In this document: one piece after another, positions 1 through 13,900 of the stretch | Layout of the letters: every line of letters starts with the position of its first letter | Numbering within the stretch: position 1 is the stretch's first letter | NCBI RefSeq assembly: GCF_009914755.1 | Contig: NC_060929.1 | DNA length: 64,000 nt | Source: the human T2T-CHM13v2.0 reference genome, Homo sapiens | Direction: 5' to 3' (one strand) | Program-made: the position numbers and the translations under genes | The notes under the pieces: model-generated | The model's database searches: none | What the model saw: only the letters and a program-made list of their open reading frames with translations | Told to the model about the DNA's origin: nothing

Positions 1-32
1 TCTGCAAGTGGATATTCAGACCTCTTTGAGGC

Positions 33-49
33 CTTCGTTGGAAACGGGT
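33..49 (+). promoter_or_regulatory. CENP-B box (first of ~188 box positions, one per dimer)
   Basis: CTTCGTTGGAAACGGGT matches the CENP-B core NTTCGNNNNANNCGGGN and recurs every ~340 bp (33, 373, 713, 1053...). Confidence 0.97.
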
Positions 50-754
50 TTTTTTCATATAAGGCTAGACAGAAGAATTCCCAGTAACTTCCTTGTGTTG
101 TGTGTGTTCAACTCACAGAGTTGAACTTTCATTTACACAGAGCAGATTTGAAACACTCTTTTTGTGGAATTTGCAGGTGGAGATTTCAAGCGCTTTGAGG
201 CCAAAGGCAGAAAAGGAAATATCTTCGTATAAAAACTAGACAGAATCATTCTCAGAAACTGCTCTGCGATGTGTGCGTTCAACTCTCAGAGTTTAACTTT
301 TCTTTTCATTCAGCAGTTTGGAAACACTCTGTTTGTAAAGTCTTCACGTGGATAATTTGACCACTTAGAGGCCTTCGTTGGAAACGGGTTTTTTTCATGT
401 AAGGCTAGACAGAAGAATTCTCAGTAACTTCCTTGTGTTGTGTGTATTCAACTCACAGAGTTGAACGATCCTTTACACAGAGCAGACTTGTAACACTCTT
501 TTTGTGGAATTTGCAAGTGGAGATTTCAGCCGCTTTGAAGTCAAAGGTAGAAAAGGAAATATCTTCCTATAAAAACTAGACAGAATGATTCTCAGAAACT
601 CCTTTGTGATGTGTGCGTTCAACTCACAGAGTTTAACCTTTCTTTTCATAGAGCAGTTAGGAAACACTCTGCTTGTAAAGTCTGCAAGTGGATATTCAGC
701 CCTCTTTGAGGCCTTCGTTGGAAACGGGTTTTTTTCATATAAGGCTAGACAGAA

Positions 755-2112
755 GAATTCCCAGTAACTTCCTTGTGTTGTGTGTGTTCAACTCACAGAG
801 TTGAACTTTGATTTACACAGAGCAGATTTGAAACACTCTTTTTGTGGAATTTGCAAGTGGAGATTTCAAGCGCTTTGAGGCCAAAGGCAGAAAAGGAAAT
901 ATCTTCGTATAAAAACTAGACAGAATCATTCTCAGAAACTGCTCTGCGATGTGTGCGTTCAACTCTCAGAGTTTAACTTTTCTTTTCATTCAGCAGTTTG
1001 GAAACACTCTGTTTGTAAAGTCTGCACGTGGATATTTTGACCACTTAGAGGCCTTCGTTGGAAACGGGTTTTTTTCCTGTAAGGCTAGACAGAAGAATTC
1101 CCAGTAACTTCCTTGTGTTGTGTACATTCAACTCACAGAGTTGAACGTTCCCTTAGACAGAGCAGATTTGAAACACTCTTTTTGTGCAATTGGCAAGTGG
1201 AGATTTCAAGCACTTTGAGGTCAATGGCAGAAAAGGAAATATCTTCGTTTCAAAACTAGACAGAATCATTCCCACAAACTGCGTTGTGATGTGTTCGTTC
1301 ATCTCACAGAGTTTAACCTTTCTTTTCATAGAGCAGTTAGGAAACAGTCTGTTTGAAAATTCTGTAAGGGGATATTCTGACATCTTGTGGCCTTCGTTGG
1401 AAACGGGATTTCTTCATATTCTGCTAGACAGAAGAATTCTCAGAATCTTCCTTGTGTTGTGTGTATTCAACTCACAGAGTTGAACGATAGTTTACACAGA
1501 GCAGATTTGAAACACTCATTTGGTGGAATTTGCAAGTGGAGATTTCAGCCGCTTTGAGGTCAATGGTAGAAAAGGAAATATCTTCGTATAACAACTAGAC
1601 AGAATGATTCTCAGAAACTTCTTTGTGATGTGTGTGTTCAACTCACAGTGTTTAACCTTTCTTTTCATAGAGCAGTTAGGAAACACTGTGTTTTTAAACT
1701 CTGCAAGTGGATATTCAGACCTCTTTGAGGCCTTCGTTGGAAACGGGTTTCTTCATACTGTGCTAGACAGAAGAATTCTCAGTAACTTCCTTGTGTTGTG
1801 TGTATTCAACTCACAGAGTTGAACGATCCTTTACACAGAGCAGACTTGAAACACTCTTTTTGTGGAATTTGCAAGTGGAGATTTCAGCCGCGTTGAGGTC
1901 AATGGTAGAAAAGGAAATATCTTCGTATAAAAACTAGACAGAATGATTCTCAGAAACTCCTTTGTGATGTGTGTGTTCAACTCACAGAGTTTAACATTTC
2001 TTTTCATAGAGCAGTTAGGAAACACTCTGTTTGTAAAGTCTGCAAGTGGATATTCAGACCTCTTTGAGGCCTTCGTTGGAAACGGGTTTTTTTCATATAA
2101 GGCTAGACAGAA
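755..2112 (+). repeat. D10Z1: Representative 8-mer HOR unit (dimers A'-C-D-E, 1,358 bp); probably human chromosome 10 D10Z1 / S1C10H1L
   Basis: The same four dimer types repeat at 2113-3471 (ORF offset 1184->2542 = 1,358 bp). Dimer C carries an RsaI site (GTAC at 1122-1125) and CATTCCCACAAACTGCG. Dimer D starts GAATTCTCAGAATCTTCC. D10Z1 is the SF1 array classically defined by RsaI 8-mer/6-mer units. The chromosome assignment is from recall and needs alignment, because chr1/5/19, 12 and 16 SF1 arrays are close relatives. Confidence 0.75.
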
Positions 2113-3471
2113 GAATTCCCAGTAACTTCCTTGTGTTGTGTGTGTTCAACTCACAGAGTTGAACTTTGATTTACACAGAGCAGATTTGAAACACTCTTTT
2201 TGTGGAATTTGCAAGTGGAGATTTCAAGCGCTTTGAGGCCAAAGGCAGAAAAGGAAATATCTTCGTATAAAAACTAGACAGAATCATTCTCAGAAACTGC
2301 TCTGCGATGTGTGCGTTCAACTCTCAGAGTTTAACTTTTCTTTTCATTCAGCAGTTTGGAAACACTCTGTTTGTAAAGTCTGCACGTGGATATTTTGACC
2401 ACTTAGAGGCCTTCGTTGGAAACGGGTTTTTTTCCTGTAAGGCTAGACAGAAGAATTCCCAGTAACTTCCTTGTGTTGTGTACATTCAACTCACAGAGTT
2501 GAACGTTCCCTTAGACAGAGCAGATTTGAAACACACTTTTTGTGCAATTGGCAAGTGGAGATTTCAAGCGCTTTAAGGTCAATGGCATAAAAGGAAATAT
2601 CTTCGTTTCAAAACTAGACAGAATCATTCCCACAAACTGCGTTGTGATGTGCTCGTTCATCTCACAGAGTTTAACCTTTCTTTTCATAGAGCAGTTAGGA
2701 AACACTCTGTTTGTAAATTCTGTAAGTGGATATTCTGACATCTTGTGGCCTTCGCTGGAAACGGGATTTCTTCATATTCTGCTAGACAGAAGAATTCTCA
2801 GAATCTTCCTTGTGTTGTGTGTATTCAACTCACACAGTTGAACGATGGTTTACACAGAGCAGATTTGAAACACTCTTTTTGTGGAATTTGCAAGTGGAGA
2901 TTTCAGCCGCTTTGAGGTCAATGGTAGAAAAGGAAATATCTTCGTATAAAAACTAGACAGAATGATTCTCAGAAACTTCTTTGTGATGTGTGCGTTCAAC
3001 TCAGAGAGTTTAACATTTCTTTTCATAGAGCAGTTAGGAAACACTCTGTTTGTAAACTCTGCAAGTGGATATTCAGACCTCTTCGAGGCCTTCGTTGGAA
3101 ACGGGATTTCTTCATACTGTGCTAGACAGAAGAATTCTCAGTAACTTCCTTGTGTTGTGTGTATTCAACTCACAGAGTTGAACGATCCTTTACACAGAGC
3201 AGACTTGGAACACTCTTTTTGTGGAATTTGCAAGTGGAGATTTCAGCCGCGTTGAGGTCAATGGTAGAAAAGGAAATATCTTCGTATAAAAACTAGACAG
3301 AATGATTCTCAGAAACTCCTTTGAGATGTGTGTGTTCAACTCACAGAGTTTAACCTTTCTTTTCATAGAGCAGTTAGGAATCACTCTGTTTGTAAAGTCT
3401 GCAAGTGGATATTCAGACCTCTTTGAGGCCTTCGTTGGAAACGGGTTTTTTTCATATAAGGCTAGACAGAA

Positions 3472-5510
3472 GAATTCCCAGTAACTTCCTTGTGTTGTGT
3501 GTGTTCAACTCACAGAGTTGAACTTTCATTTACACAGAGCAGATTTGAAACACTCTTTTTGTGGAATTTGCAAATGGAGATTTCAAGCGCTTTGAGGCCA
3601 AAGGCAGAAAAGGAAATATCTTCGTATAAAAACTAGACAGAATCATTCTCAGAAACTGCTCTGCGATGTGTGCGTTCAACTCTCAGAGTTTAACTTTGCT
3701 TTTCATTCAGCAGTTTGGAAACACTCTGTTTGTAAAGTCTGCACGTGGATAATTTGACCACTTAGAGGCCTTCGTTGGAAACGGGTTTTTTTCATGTAAG
3801 GCTAGACAGAAGAATTCTCAGTAACTTCCTTGTGTTGTGTGTATTCAACTCACAGAGTTGAACGATCCTTTACACAGAGCAGACTTGTAACACTCTTTTT
3901 GTGGAATTTGCAAGTGGAGATTTCAGCCGCTTTGAAGTCAAATGTAGAAAAGGAAATATCTTCCTATAAAAACTAGACAGAATGATTCTCAGAAACTCCT
4001 TTGTGATGTGTGCGTTCAACTCACAGAGTTTAACCTTTCTTTTCATAGAGCAGTTAGGAAACACTCTGTTTGTAAAGTCTGCAAGTGGATATTCAGCCCT
4101 CTTTGAGGCCTTCGTTGGAAACGGGTTTTTTTCATATAAGGCTAGACAGAAGAATTCCCAGTAACTTCCTTGTGTTGTGTGTGTTCAACTCACAGAGTTG
4201 AACTTTCATTTACACAGAGCAGATTTGAAACACTCTTTTTGTGGAATTTGCAAGTGGAGATTTCAAGCGCTTTGAGGCCAAAGGCAGAAAAGGAAATATC
4301 TTCGTATAAAAACTAGACAGAATCATTCTCAGAAACTGCTCTGTGATGTGTGCGTTCAACTCTCAGAGTTTAACTTTTCTTTTCATTCAGCAGTTTGGAA
4401 ACACTCTGTTTCTAAAGTCTGCACGTGGATAATTTGACCACTTAGAGGCCTTCGTTGGAAACGGGTTTTTTTCATGTAAGGCTAGACAGAAGAGTTCTCA
4501 GTAACTTCCTTGTGTTGTGTGTATTCAACTCACAGAGTTGAACGATCCTTTACAGAGAGCAGACTTGTAACACTCTTTTTGTGGAATTTGCAAGTGGAGA
4601 TTTCAGCCGCTTTGCAGTCAAAGTAGAAAAGGAAATATCTTCCTATAAAAACTAGACAGAATGATTCTCAGAAACTCCTTTGTGATGTGTGCGTTCAACT
4701 CACAGAGTTTAACCTTTCTTTTCATAGAGCAGTTAGGAAACACTCTGTTTGTAAAGTCTGCAAGTGGATATTCAGACCTCTTTGAGGCCTTCGTTGGAAA
4801 CGGGTTTTTTTCATATAAGGCTAGACAGAAGAATTCCCAGTAACTTCCTTGTGTTGTGTGTGTTCAACTCACAGAGTTGAACTTTCATTTACACAGAGCA
4901 GATTTGAAACACTCTTTTTGTGGAATTTGCAGGTGGAGATTTCAAGCGCTTTGAGGCCAAAGGCAGAAAAGGAAATATCTTCGTATAAAAACTAGACAGA
5001 ATCATTCTCAGAAACTGCTCTGCGATGTGTGCGTTCAACTCTCAGAGTTTAACTTTGCTTTTCATTCAGCAGTTTGGAAACACTCTGTTTGTAAAGTCTG
5101 CACGTGGATAATTTGACCACTTAGAGGCCTTCGTTGGAAACGGGTTTTTTTCATGTAAGGCTAGACAGAAGAATTCTCAGTAACTTCCTTGTGTTGTGTG
5201 TATTCAACTCACAGAGTTGAACGATCCTTTACACAGAGCAGACTTGTAACACTCTTTTTGTGGAATTTGCAAGTGGAGATTTCAGCCGCTTTGAAGTCAA
5301 AGGTAGAAAAGGAAATATCTTCCTATAAAAACTAGACAGAATGATTCTCAGAAACTCCTTTGTGATGTGTGCGTTCAACTCACAGAGTTTAACCTTTCTT
5401 TTCATAGAGCAGTTAGGAAACACTCTGCTTGTAAAGTCTGCAAGTGGATATTCAGCCCTCCTTGAGGCCTTCGTTGGAAACGGGTTTTTTTCATATAAGG
5501 CTAGACAGAA
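3472..5510 (+). repeat. Representative run of three 4-mer HOR variants (dimers A-B, 679-680 bp each)
   Basis: A (GCCAAAGGCAG, CTGCTCTGYGATG, GGATAATTTGACC, CATGTAAGG) alternates with B (GACTTGTAAC, GAAGTCAAA, CCTATAAAA, CATATAAGG) at 3472/3812, 4152/4492 and 4831/5171. Similar runs recur through the whole window. Confidence 0.9.
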
Positions 5511-8500
5511 GAATTCCCAGTAACTTCCTTGTGTTGTGTGTGTTCAACTCACAGAGTTGAACTTTCATTTACACAGAGCAGATTTGAAACACTCTTTTTG
5601 TGGAATTTGCAAGTGGAGATTTCAAGCGCTTTGAGGCCAAAGGCAGAAAAGGAAATATCTTCGTATAAAAACTAGACAGAATCATTCTCAGAAACTGCTC
5701 TGCGATGTGTGCGTTCAACTCTCAGAGTTTAACTTTTCTTTTCATTCAGCAGTTTGGAAACACTCTGTTTGTAAAGTCTGCACGTGGATATTTTGACCAC
5801 TTAGAGGCCTTCGTTGGAATCGGGTTTTTTTCCTGTAAGGCTAGACAGAAGAATTCCCAGTAACTTCCTTGTGTTGTGTACATTCAACTCACAGAGTTGA
5901 ACGTTCCCTTAGACAGAGCAGATTTGAAACACTCTTTTTGTGCAATTGGCAAGTGGAGATTTCAAGCGCTTTGAGGTCAATGGCAGAAAAGGAAATATCT
6001 TCGTTTCAAAACTAGACAGAATCATTCCCACAAACTGCGTTGTGATGTGTTCGTTCTACTCACAGAGTTTAACCTTTCTTTTCATAGAGCAGTTAGGAAA
6101 CAGTCTGTTTGAAAATTCTGTAAGGGGATATTCTGACATCTTGTGGCCTTCGTTGGAAACGGGATTTCTTCATATTCTGCTAGACAGAAGAATTCTCAGA
6201 ATCTTCCTTGTGTTGTGTGTATTCAATTCACAGAGTTGAACGATAGTTTACACAGAGCAGATTTGAAACACTCATTTGGTGGAATTTGCAAGTGGAGATT
6301 TCAGCCGCTTTGAGGTCAATGGTAGAAAAGGAAATATCTTCGTATAACAACTAGACAGAATGATTCTCAGAAACTTCTTTGTGATGTGTGTGTTCAACTC
6401 ACAGTGTTTAACCTTTCTTTTCATAGAGCAGTTAGGAAACACTGTGTTTTTAAACTCTGCAAGTGGATATTCAGACCTCTTTGAGGCCTTCGTTGGAAAC
6501 GGGTTTCTTCATACTGTGCTAGACAGAAGAATTCTCAGTAACTTCCTTGTGTTGTGTGTATTCAACTCACAGAGTTGAACGATCCTTTACACAGAGCAGA
6601 CTTGAAACACTCTTTTTGTGGAATTTGCAAGTGGAGATTTCAGCCGCGTTGAGGTCAATGGTAGAAAAGGAAATATCTTCGTATAAAAACTAGACAGAAT
6701 GATTCTCAGAAACTCCTTTGTGATGTGTGTGTTCAACTCACAGAGTTTAACATTTCTTTTCATAGAGCAGTTAGGAAACACTCTGTTTGTAAAGTCTGCA
6801 AGTGGATATTCAGACCTCTTTGAGGCCTTCGTTGGAAACGGGTTTTTTTCATATAAGGCTAGACAGAAGAATTCCCAGTAACTTCCTTGTGTTGTGTGTG
6901 TTCAACTCACAGAGTTGAACTTTCATTTACACAGAGCAGATTTGAAACACTCTTTTTGTGGAATTTGCAGGTGGAGATTTCAAGCGCTTTGAGGCCAAAG
7001 GCAGAAAAGGAAATATCTTCGTATAAAAACTAGACAGAATCATTCTCAGAAACTGCTCTGCGATGTGTGCGTTCAACTCTCAGAGTTTAACTTTTCTTTT
7101 CATTCAGCAGTTTGGAAACACTCTGTTTGTAAAGTCTGCACGTGGATAATTTGACCACTTAGAGGCCTTCCTTGGAAACGGGTTTTTTTCATGTAAGGCT
7201 AGACAGAAGAATTCTCAGTAACTTCCTTGTGTTGTGTGTATTCAACTCACAGAGTTGAACGATCCTTTACACAGAGCAGACTTGTAACACTCTTTTTGTG
7301 GAATTTGCAAGTGGAGATTTCAGCCGCTTTGAAGTCAAAGGTAGAAAAGGAAATATCTTCCTATAAAAACTAGACAGAATGATTCTCAGAAACTCCTTTG
7401 TGATGTGTACGTTCAACTCACAGAGTTTAACCTTTCTTTTCATAGAGCAGTTAGGAAACACTCTGTTTGTAAAGTCTGCATGTGGATATTGAGACCTCTT
7501 TGAGGCCTTCGTTGGAAACGGGTTTTTTTCATATAAGGCTAGACAGAAGGATTCCCAGTAACTTCCTTGTGTTGTGTGTGTTCAACTCACAGAGTTGAAC
7601 TTTCATTTACAAAGAGCAGATTTGAAACACTCTTTTTGTGGAATTTGCAAGTGGAGATTTCAAGCGCTTTGAGGCCAAAGGCAGAAAAGGAAATATCTTC
7701 GTATAAAAACTAGACAGAATCATTCTCAGAAACTGCTCTGCGATGTGTGCGTTCAACTCTCAGAGTTTAACTTTTCTTTTCATTCAGCAGTTTGGAAACA
7801 CTCTGTTTTTAAAGTCTGCACGTGGATAATTTGACCACTTAGAGGCCTTCGTTGGAAACGGGTTTTTTTCATGTAAGGCTAGACAGAAGAATTCTCAGTA
7901 ACTTCCTTGTGTTGTGTGTATTCAACTCACAGAGTTGAACGATCCTTTACACAGAGCAGACTTGTAACACTCTTTTTGTGGAATTTGCAAGTGGAGATTT
8001 CAGCCGCTTTGAAGTCAAAGGTAGAAAAGGAAATATCTTCCTATAAAAACTAGACAGAATGATTCTCAGAAACTCCTTTGTGATGTGTGCATTCAACTCA
8101 CAGAGTTTAACCTTTCTTTTCATAGAGCAGTTAGGAAACACTCTGCTTGTAAAGTCTGCAAGTGGATATTCAGCCCTCTTTGAGGCCTTCGTTGGAAACG
8201 GGTTTTTTTCATATAAGGCTAGACAGAAGAATTCCCAGTAACTTCCTTGTGTTGTGTGTGTTCAACTCACAGAGTTGAACTTTCATTTACACAGAGCAGA
8301 TTTGAAACACTCTTTTTGTGGAATTTGCAAGTGGAGATTTCAAGCGCTTTGAGGCCAAAGGCAGAAAAGGAAATATCTTCGTATAAAAACTAGACAGAAT
8401 CATTCTCAGAAACTGCTCTGCGATGTGTGCGTTCAACTCTCAGAGTTTAACTTTTCTTTTCATTCAGCAGTTTGGAAACACTCTGTTTGTAAAGTCTGCA

Positions 8501-10946
8501 CGTGGATATTTTGACCACTTAGAGGCCTTCGTTGGAAACGGGTTTTTTTCCTGTAAGGCTAGACAGAAGAATTCCCAGTAACTTCCTTGTGTTGTGTACA
8601 TTCAACTCACAGAGTTGAACGTTCCCTTAGACAGAGCAGATTTGAAACACTCTTTTTGTGCAATTGGCAAGTGGAGATTTCAAGCGCTTTAAGGTCAATG
8701 GCAGAAAAGGAAATATCTTCGTTTCAAAACTAGACAGAATCATTCCCACAAACTGCGCTGTGATGTGTTCGTTCATCTCACAGAGTTTAACCTTTCTTTT
8801 CATAGAGCAGTTAGGAAACACTCTGTTTGTAAATTCTGTAAGTGGATATTCTGACATCTTGTGGCCTTCGTTGGAAACGGGATTTCTTCATATTCTGCTA
8901 GACAGAAGAATTCTCAGAATCTTCCTTGTGTTGTGTGTATTCAACTCACACAGTTGAACGATGGTTTACACAGAGCAGATTTGAAACACTCTTTTTGTGG
9001 AATTTGCAAGTGGAGATTTCAGCCGCTTTGAGGTCAATGGTAGAAAAGGAAATATCTTCGTATAAAAACTAGACAGAATGATTCTCAGAAACTTCTTTGT
9101 GATGTGTGCGTTCAACTCACAGGGTTTAACCTTTCTTTTCATAGAGCAGTTAGGAAACACTCTGTTTGTAAACTCTGCAAGTGGATATTCAGACCTCTTT
9201 GAGGCCTTCGTTGGAAACGGGATTTCTTCATACTGTGCTAGACAGAAGAATTCTCAGTAACTTCCTTGTGTTGTGTGTATTCAACTCACAGAGTTGAACG
9301 ATCCTTTACACAGAGCAGACTTGAAACACTCTTTTTGTGGAATTTGCAAGTGGAGATTTCAGCCGCGTTGAGGTCAATGGTAGAAAAGGAAATATCTTCC
9401 TATAAAAACTAGACAGAATGATTCTCAGAAACTCCTTTGAGATGTGTGTGTTCAACTCACAGAGTTTAACCTTTCTTTTCATAGAGCAGTTAGGAATCAC
9501 TCTGTTTGTAAAGTCTGCAAGTGGATATTCAGACCTCTTTGAGGCCTTCGTTGGAAACGGGTTTTTTTCATATAAGGCTAGACAGAAGAATTCCCAGTAA
9601 CTTCCTTGTGTTGTGTGTGTTCAACTCACAGAGTTGAACTTTCATTTACACAGAGCAGATTTGAAACACTCTTTTTGTGGAATTTGCAAATGGAGATTTC
9701 AAGCGCTTTGAGGCCAAAGGCAGAAAAGGAAATATCTTCGTATAAAAACTAGACAGAATCATTCTCAGAAACTGCTCTGCGATGTGTGCGTTCAACTCTC
9801 AGAGTTTAACTTTGCTTTTCATTCAGCAGTTTGGAAACACTCTGTTTGTAAAGTCTGCACGTCGATAATTTGACCACTTAGAGGCCTTCGTTGGAAACGG
9901 GTTTTTTTCATGTAAGGCTAGACAGAAGAATTCTCAGTAACTTCCTTGTGTTGTGTGTATTCAACTCACACAGTTGAACGATCCTTTACACAGAGCAGAC
10001 TTGTAACACTCTTTTTGTGGAATTTGCAAGTGGAGATTTCAGCCGCTTTGAAGTCAAAGGTAGAAAAGGAAATATCTTCCTATAAAAACTACACAGAATT
10101 ATTCTCAGAAACTCCTTTGTGATGTGTGCGTTCAACTCACAGAGTTTAACCTTTCTTTTCATAGAGGAGTTAGGAAACACTCTGTTTGTAAAGTCTGCAA
10201 GTGGATATTCAGCCCTCTTTGAGGCCTTCGTTGGAAACGGGTTTTTTTCATATAAGGCTAGACAGAAGAATTCCCAGTAACTTCCTTGTGTTGTGTGTGT
10301 TCAACTCACAGAGTTGAACTTTCATTTACACAGAGCAGATTTGAAACACTCTTTTTGTGGAATTTGCAATTGGAGATTTCAAGCGCTTTGAGGCCAAAGG
10401 CAGAAAAGGAAATATCTTCGTATAAAAACTAGACAGAATCATTCTCAGAAACTGCTCTGTGATGTGTGCGATCAACTCTCAGAGTTTAACTTTTCTTTTC
10501 ATTCAGCAGTTTGGAAACACTCTGTTTGTAAAGTCTGCACGTGGATAATTTGACCACTTAGAGGCCTTCATTGGAAACGGGTTTTTTTCATGTAAGGCTA
10601 GACAGAAGAGTTCTCAGTAACTTCCTTGTGTTGTGTGTATTCAACTCACACAGTTGAACGATCCTTTACAGAGAGCAGACTTGTAACACTCTTTTTGTGG
10701 AATTTGCAAGTGGAGATTTCAGCCGCTTTGAAGTCAAAGTAGAAAAGGAAATATCTGCCTATAAAAACTAGACAGAATGATTCTCAGAAACTCCTTTGTG
10801 ATGTGTGCGTTCAACTCACAGAGTTTAACCTTTCTTTTCATAGAGCAGTTAGGAAACACTCTGTTTGTAAAGTCTGCAAGTGGATATTCAGACCTCTTTG
10901 AGGCCTTCGTTGGAAACGGGTTTTTTTCATATAAGGCTAGACAGAA

Positions 10947-13900
10947 GAATTCCCAGTAACTTCCTTGTGTTGTGTGTGTTCAACTCACAGAGTTGAACTT
11001 TCATTTACACAGAGCAGATTTGAAACACTCTTTTTGTGGAATTTGCAGGTGGAGATTTCAAGCGCTTTGAGGCCAAAGGCAGAAAAGGAAATATCTTCGT
11101 ATAAAAACTAGACAGAATCATTCTCAGAAACTGCTCTGCGATGTGTGCGTTCAACTCTCAGAGTTTAACTTTTCTTTTCATTCAGCAGTTTGGAAACACT
11201 CTGTTTGTAAAGTCTTCACGTGGATAATTTGACCACTTAGAGGCCTTCGTTGGAAACGGGTTTTTTTCATGTAAGGCTAGACAGAAGAATTCTCAGTAAC
11301 TTCCTTGTGTTGTGTGTATTCAACTCACAGAGTTGAACGATCCTTTACACAGAGCAGACTTGTAACACTCTTTTTGTGGAATTTGCAAGTGGAGATTTCA
11401 GCCGCTTTGAAGTCAAAGGTAGAAAAGGAAATATCTTCCTATAAAAACTAGACAGAATGATTCTCAGAAACTCCTTTGTGATGTGTGCGTTCAACTCACA
11501 GAGTTTAACCTTTCTTTTCATAGAGCAGTTAGGAAACACTCTGCTTGTAAAGTCTGCAAGTGGATATTCAGCCCTCTTTGAGGCCTTCGTTGGAAACGGG
11601 TTTTTTTCATATAAGGCTAGACAGAAGAATTCCCAGTAACTTCCTTGTGTTGTGTGTGTTCAACTCACAGAGTTGAACTTTGATTTACACAGAGCAGATT
11701 TGAAACACTCTTTTTGTGGAATTTGCAAGTGGAGATTTCAAGCGCTTTGAGGCCAAAGGCAGAAAAGGAAATATCTTCGTATAAAAACTAGACAGAATCA
11801 TTCTCAGAAACTGCTCTGCGATGTGTGCGTTCAACTCTCAGAGTTTAACTTTTCTTTTCATTCAGCAGTTTGGAAACACTCTGTTTGTAAAGTCTGCACG
11901 TGGATATTTTGACCACTTAGAGGCCTTCGTTGGAAACGGGTTTTTTTCCTGTAAGGCTAGACAGAAGAATTCCCAGTAACTTCCTTGTGTTGTGTACATT
12001 CAACTCACAGAGTTGAACGTTCCCTTAGACAGAGCAGATTTGAAACACTCTTTTTGTGCAATTGGCAAGTGGAGATTTCAAGCACTTTGAGGTCAATGGC
12101 AGAAAAGGAAATATCTTCGTTTCAAAACTAGACAGAATCATTCCCACAAACTGCGTTGTGATGTGTTCGTTCATCTCACAGAGTTTAACCTTTCTTTTCA
12201 TAGAGCAGTTAGGAAACAGTCTGTTTGAAAATTCTGTAAGGGGATATTCTGACATCTTGTGGCCTTCGTTGGAAACGGGATTTCTTCATATTCTGCTAGA
12301 CAAAAGAATTCTCAGAATCTTCCTTGTGTTGTGTGTATTCAACTCACAGAGTTGAACGATAGTTTACACAGAGCAGATTTGAAACACTCATTTGGTGGAA
12401 TTTGCAAGTGGAGATTTCAGCCGCTTTGAGGTCAATGGTAGAAAAGGAAATATCTTCGTATAACAACTAGACAGAATGATTCTCAGAAACTTCTTTGTGA
12501 TGTGTGTGTTCAACTCACAGTGTTTAACCTTTCTTTTCATAGAGCAGTTAGGAAACACTGTGTTTTTAAACTCTGCAAGTGGATATTCAGACCTCTTTGA
12601 GGCCTTCGTTGGAAACGGGTTTCTTCATACTGTGCTAGACAGAAGAATTCTCAGTAACTTCCTTGTGTTGTGTGTATTCAACTCACAGAGTTGAACGATC
12701 CTTTACACAGAGCAGACTTGAAACACTCTTTTTGTGGAATTTGCAAGTGGAGATTTCAGCCGCGTTGAGGTCAATGGTAGAAAAGGAAATATCTTCGTAT
12801 AAAAACTAGACAGAATGATTCTCAGAAACTCCTTTGTGATGTGTGTGTTCAACTCACAGAGTTTAACATTTCTTTTCATAGAGCAGTTAGGAAACACTCT
12901 GTTTGTAAAGTCTGCAAGTGGATATTCAGACCTCTTTGAGGCCTTCGTTGGAAACGGGTTTTTTTCATATAAGGCTAGACAGAAGAATTCCCAGTAACTT
13001 CCTTGTGTTGTGTGTGTTCAACTCACAGAGTTGAACTTTGATTTACACAGAGCAGATTTGAAACACTCTTTTTGTGGAATTTGCAAGTGGAGATTTCAAG
13101 CGCTTTGAGGCCAAAGGCAGAAAAGGAAATATCTTCGTATAAAAACTAGACAGAATCATTCTCAGAAACTGCTCTGCGATGTGTGCGTTCAACTCTCAGA
13201 GTTTAACTTTTCTTTTCATTCAGCAGTTTGGAAACACTCTGTTTGTAAAGTCTGCACGTGGATATTTTGACCACTTAGAGGCCTTCGTTGGAAACGGGTT
13301 TTTTTCCTGTAAGGCTAGACAGAAGAATTCCCAGTAACTTCCTTGTGTTGTGTACATTCAACTCACAGAGTTGAACGTTCCCTTAGACAGAGCAGATTTG
13401 AAACACACTTTTTGTGCAATTGGCAAGTGGAGATTTCAAGCGCTTTAAGGTCAATGGCATAAAAGGAAATATCTTCGTTTCAAAACTAGACAGAATCATT
13501 CCCACAAACTGCGTTGTGATGTGCTCGTTCATCTCACAGAGTTTAACCTTTCTTTTCATAGAGCAGTTAGGAAACACTCTGTTTGTAAATTCTGTAAGTG
13601 GATATTCTGACATCTTGTGGCCTTCGCTGGAAACGGGATTTCTTCATATTCTGCTAGACAGAAGAATTCTCAGAATCTTCCTTGTGTTGTGTGTATTCAA
13701 CTCACACAGTTGAACGATGGTTTACACAGAGCAGATTTGAAACACTCTTTTTGTGGAATTTGCAAGTGGAGATTTCAGCCGCTTTGAGGTCAATGGTAGA
13801 AAAGGAAATATCTTCGTATAAAAACTAGACAGAATGATTCTCAGAAACTTCTTTGTGATGTGTGCGTTCAACTCAGAGAGTTTAACATTTCTTTTCATAG

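Larger units (their letters stand above)
75..10946 (+). repeat. Super-repeat copy 1 (32 dimers / 64 monomers, 10,872 bp)
   Basis: The dimer order and private SNPs (TCTTCACGTG, GCACTTTGAGG, GAAAATTCTGTAAGGGG, GGCATAAAAGG, CTTCGCTGG) recur at +10,872 (ORFs 585->11457, 1184->12056, 2542->13414). Confidence 0.9.

Noticed and set aside
46-56. GGG followed by T7, resembling an intrinsic or Pol III terminator
   Set aside because: It is simply the 3' flank of the CENP-B box in A, B and E dimers, with no GC hairpin or transcription unit.
345-350. E-box CACGTG in every A dimer, and TATAAAA motifs in the non-box monomers
   Set aside because: These are short motifs multiplied by tandem amplification, and the sequence alone gives no evidence of promoter function.
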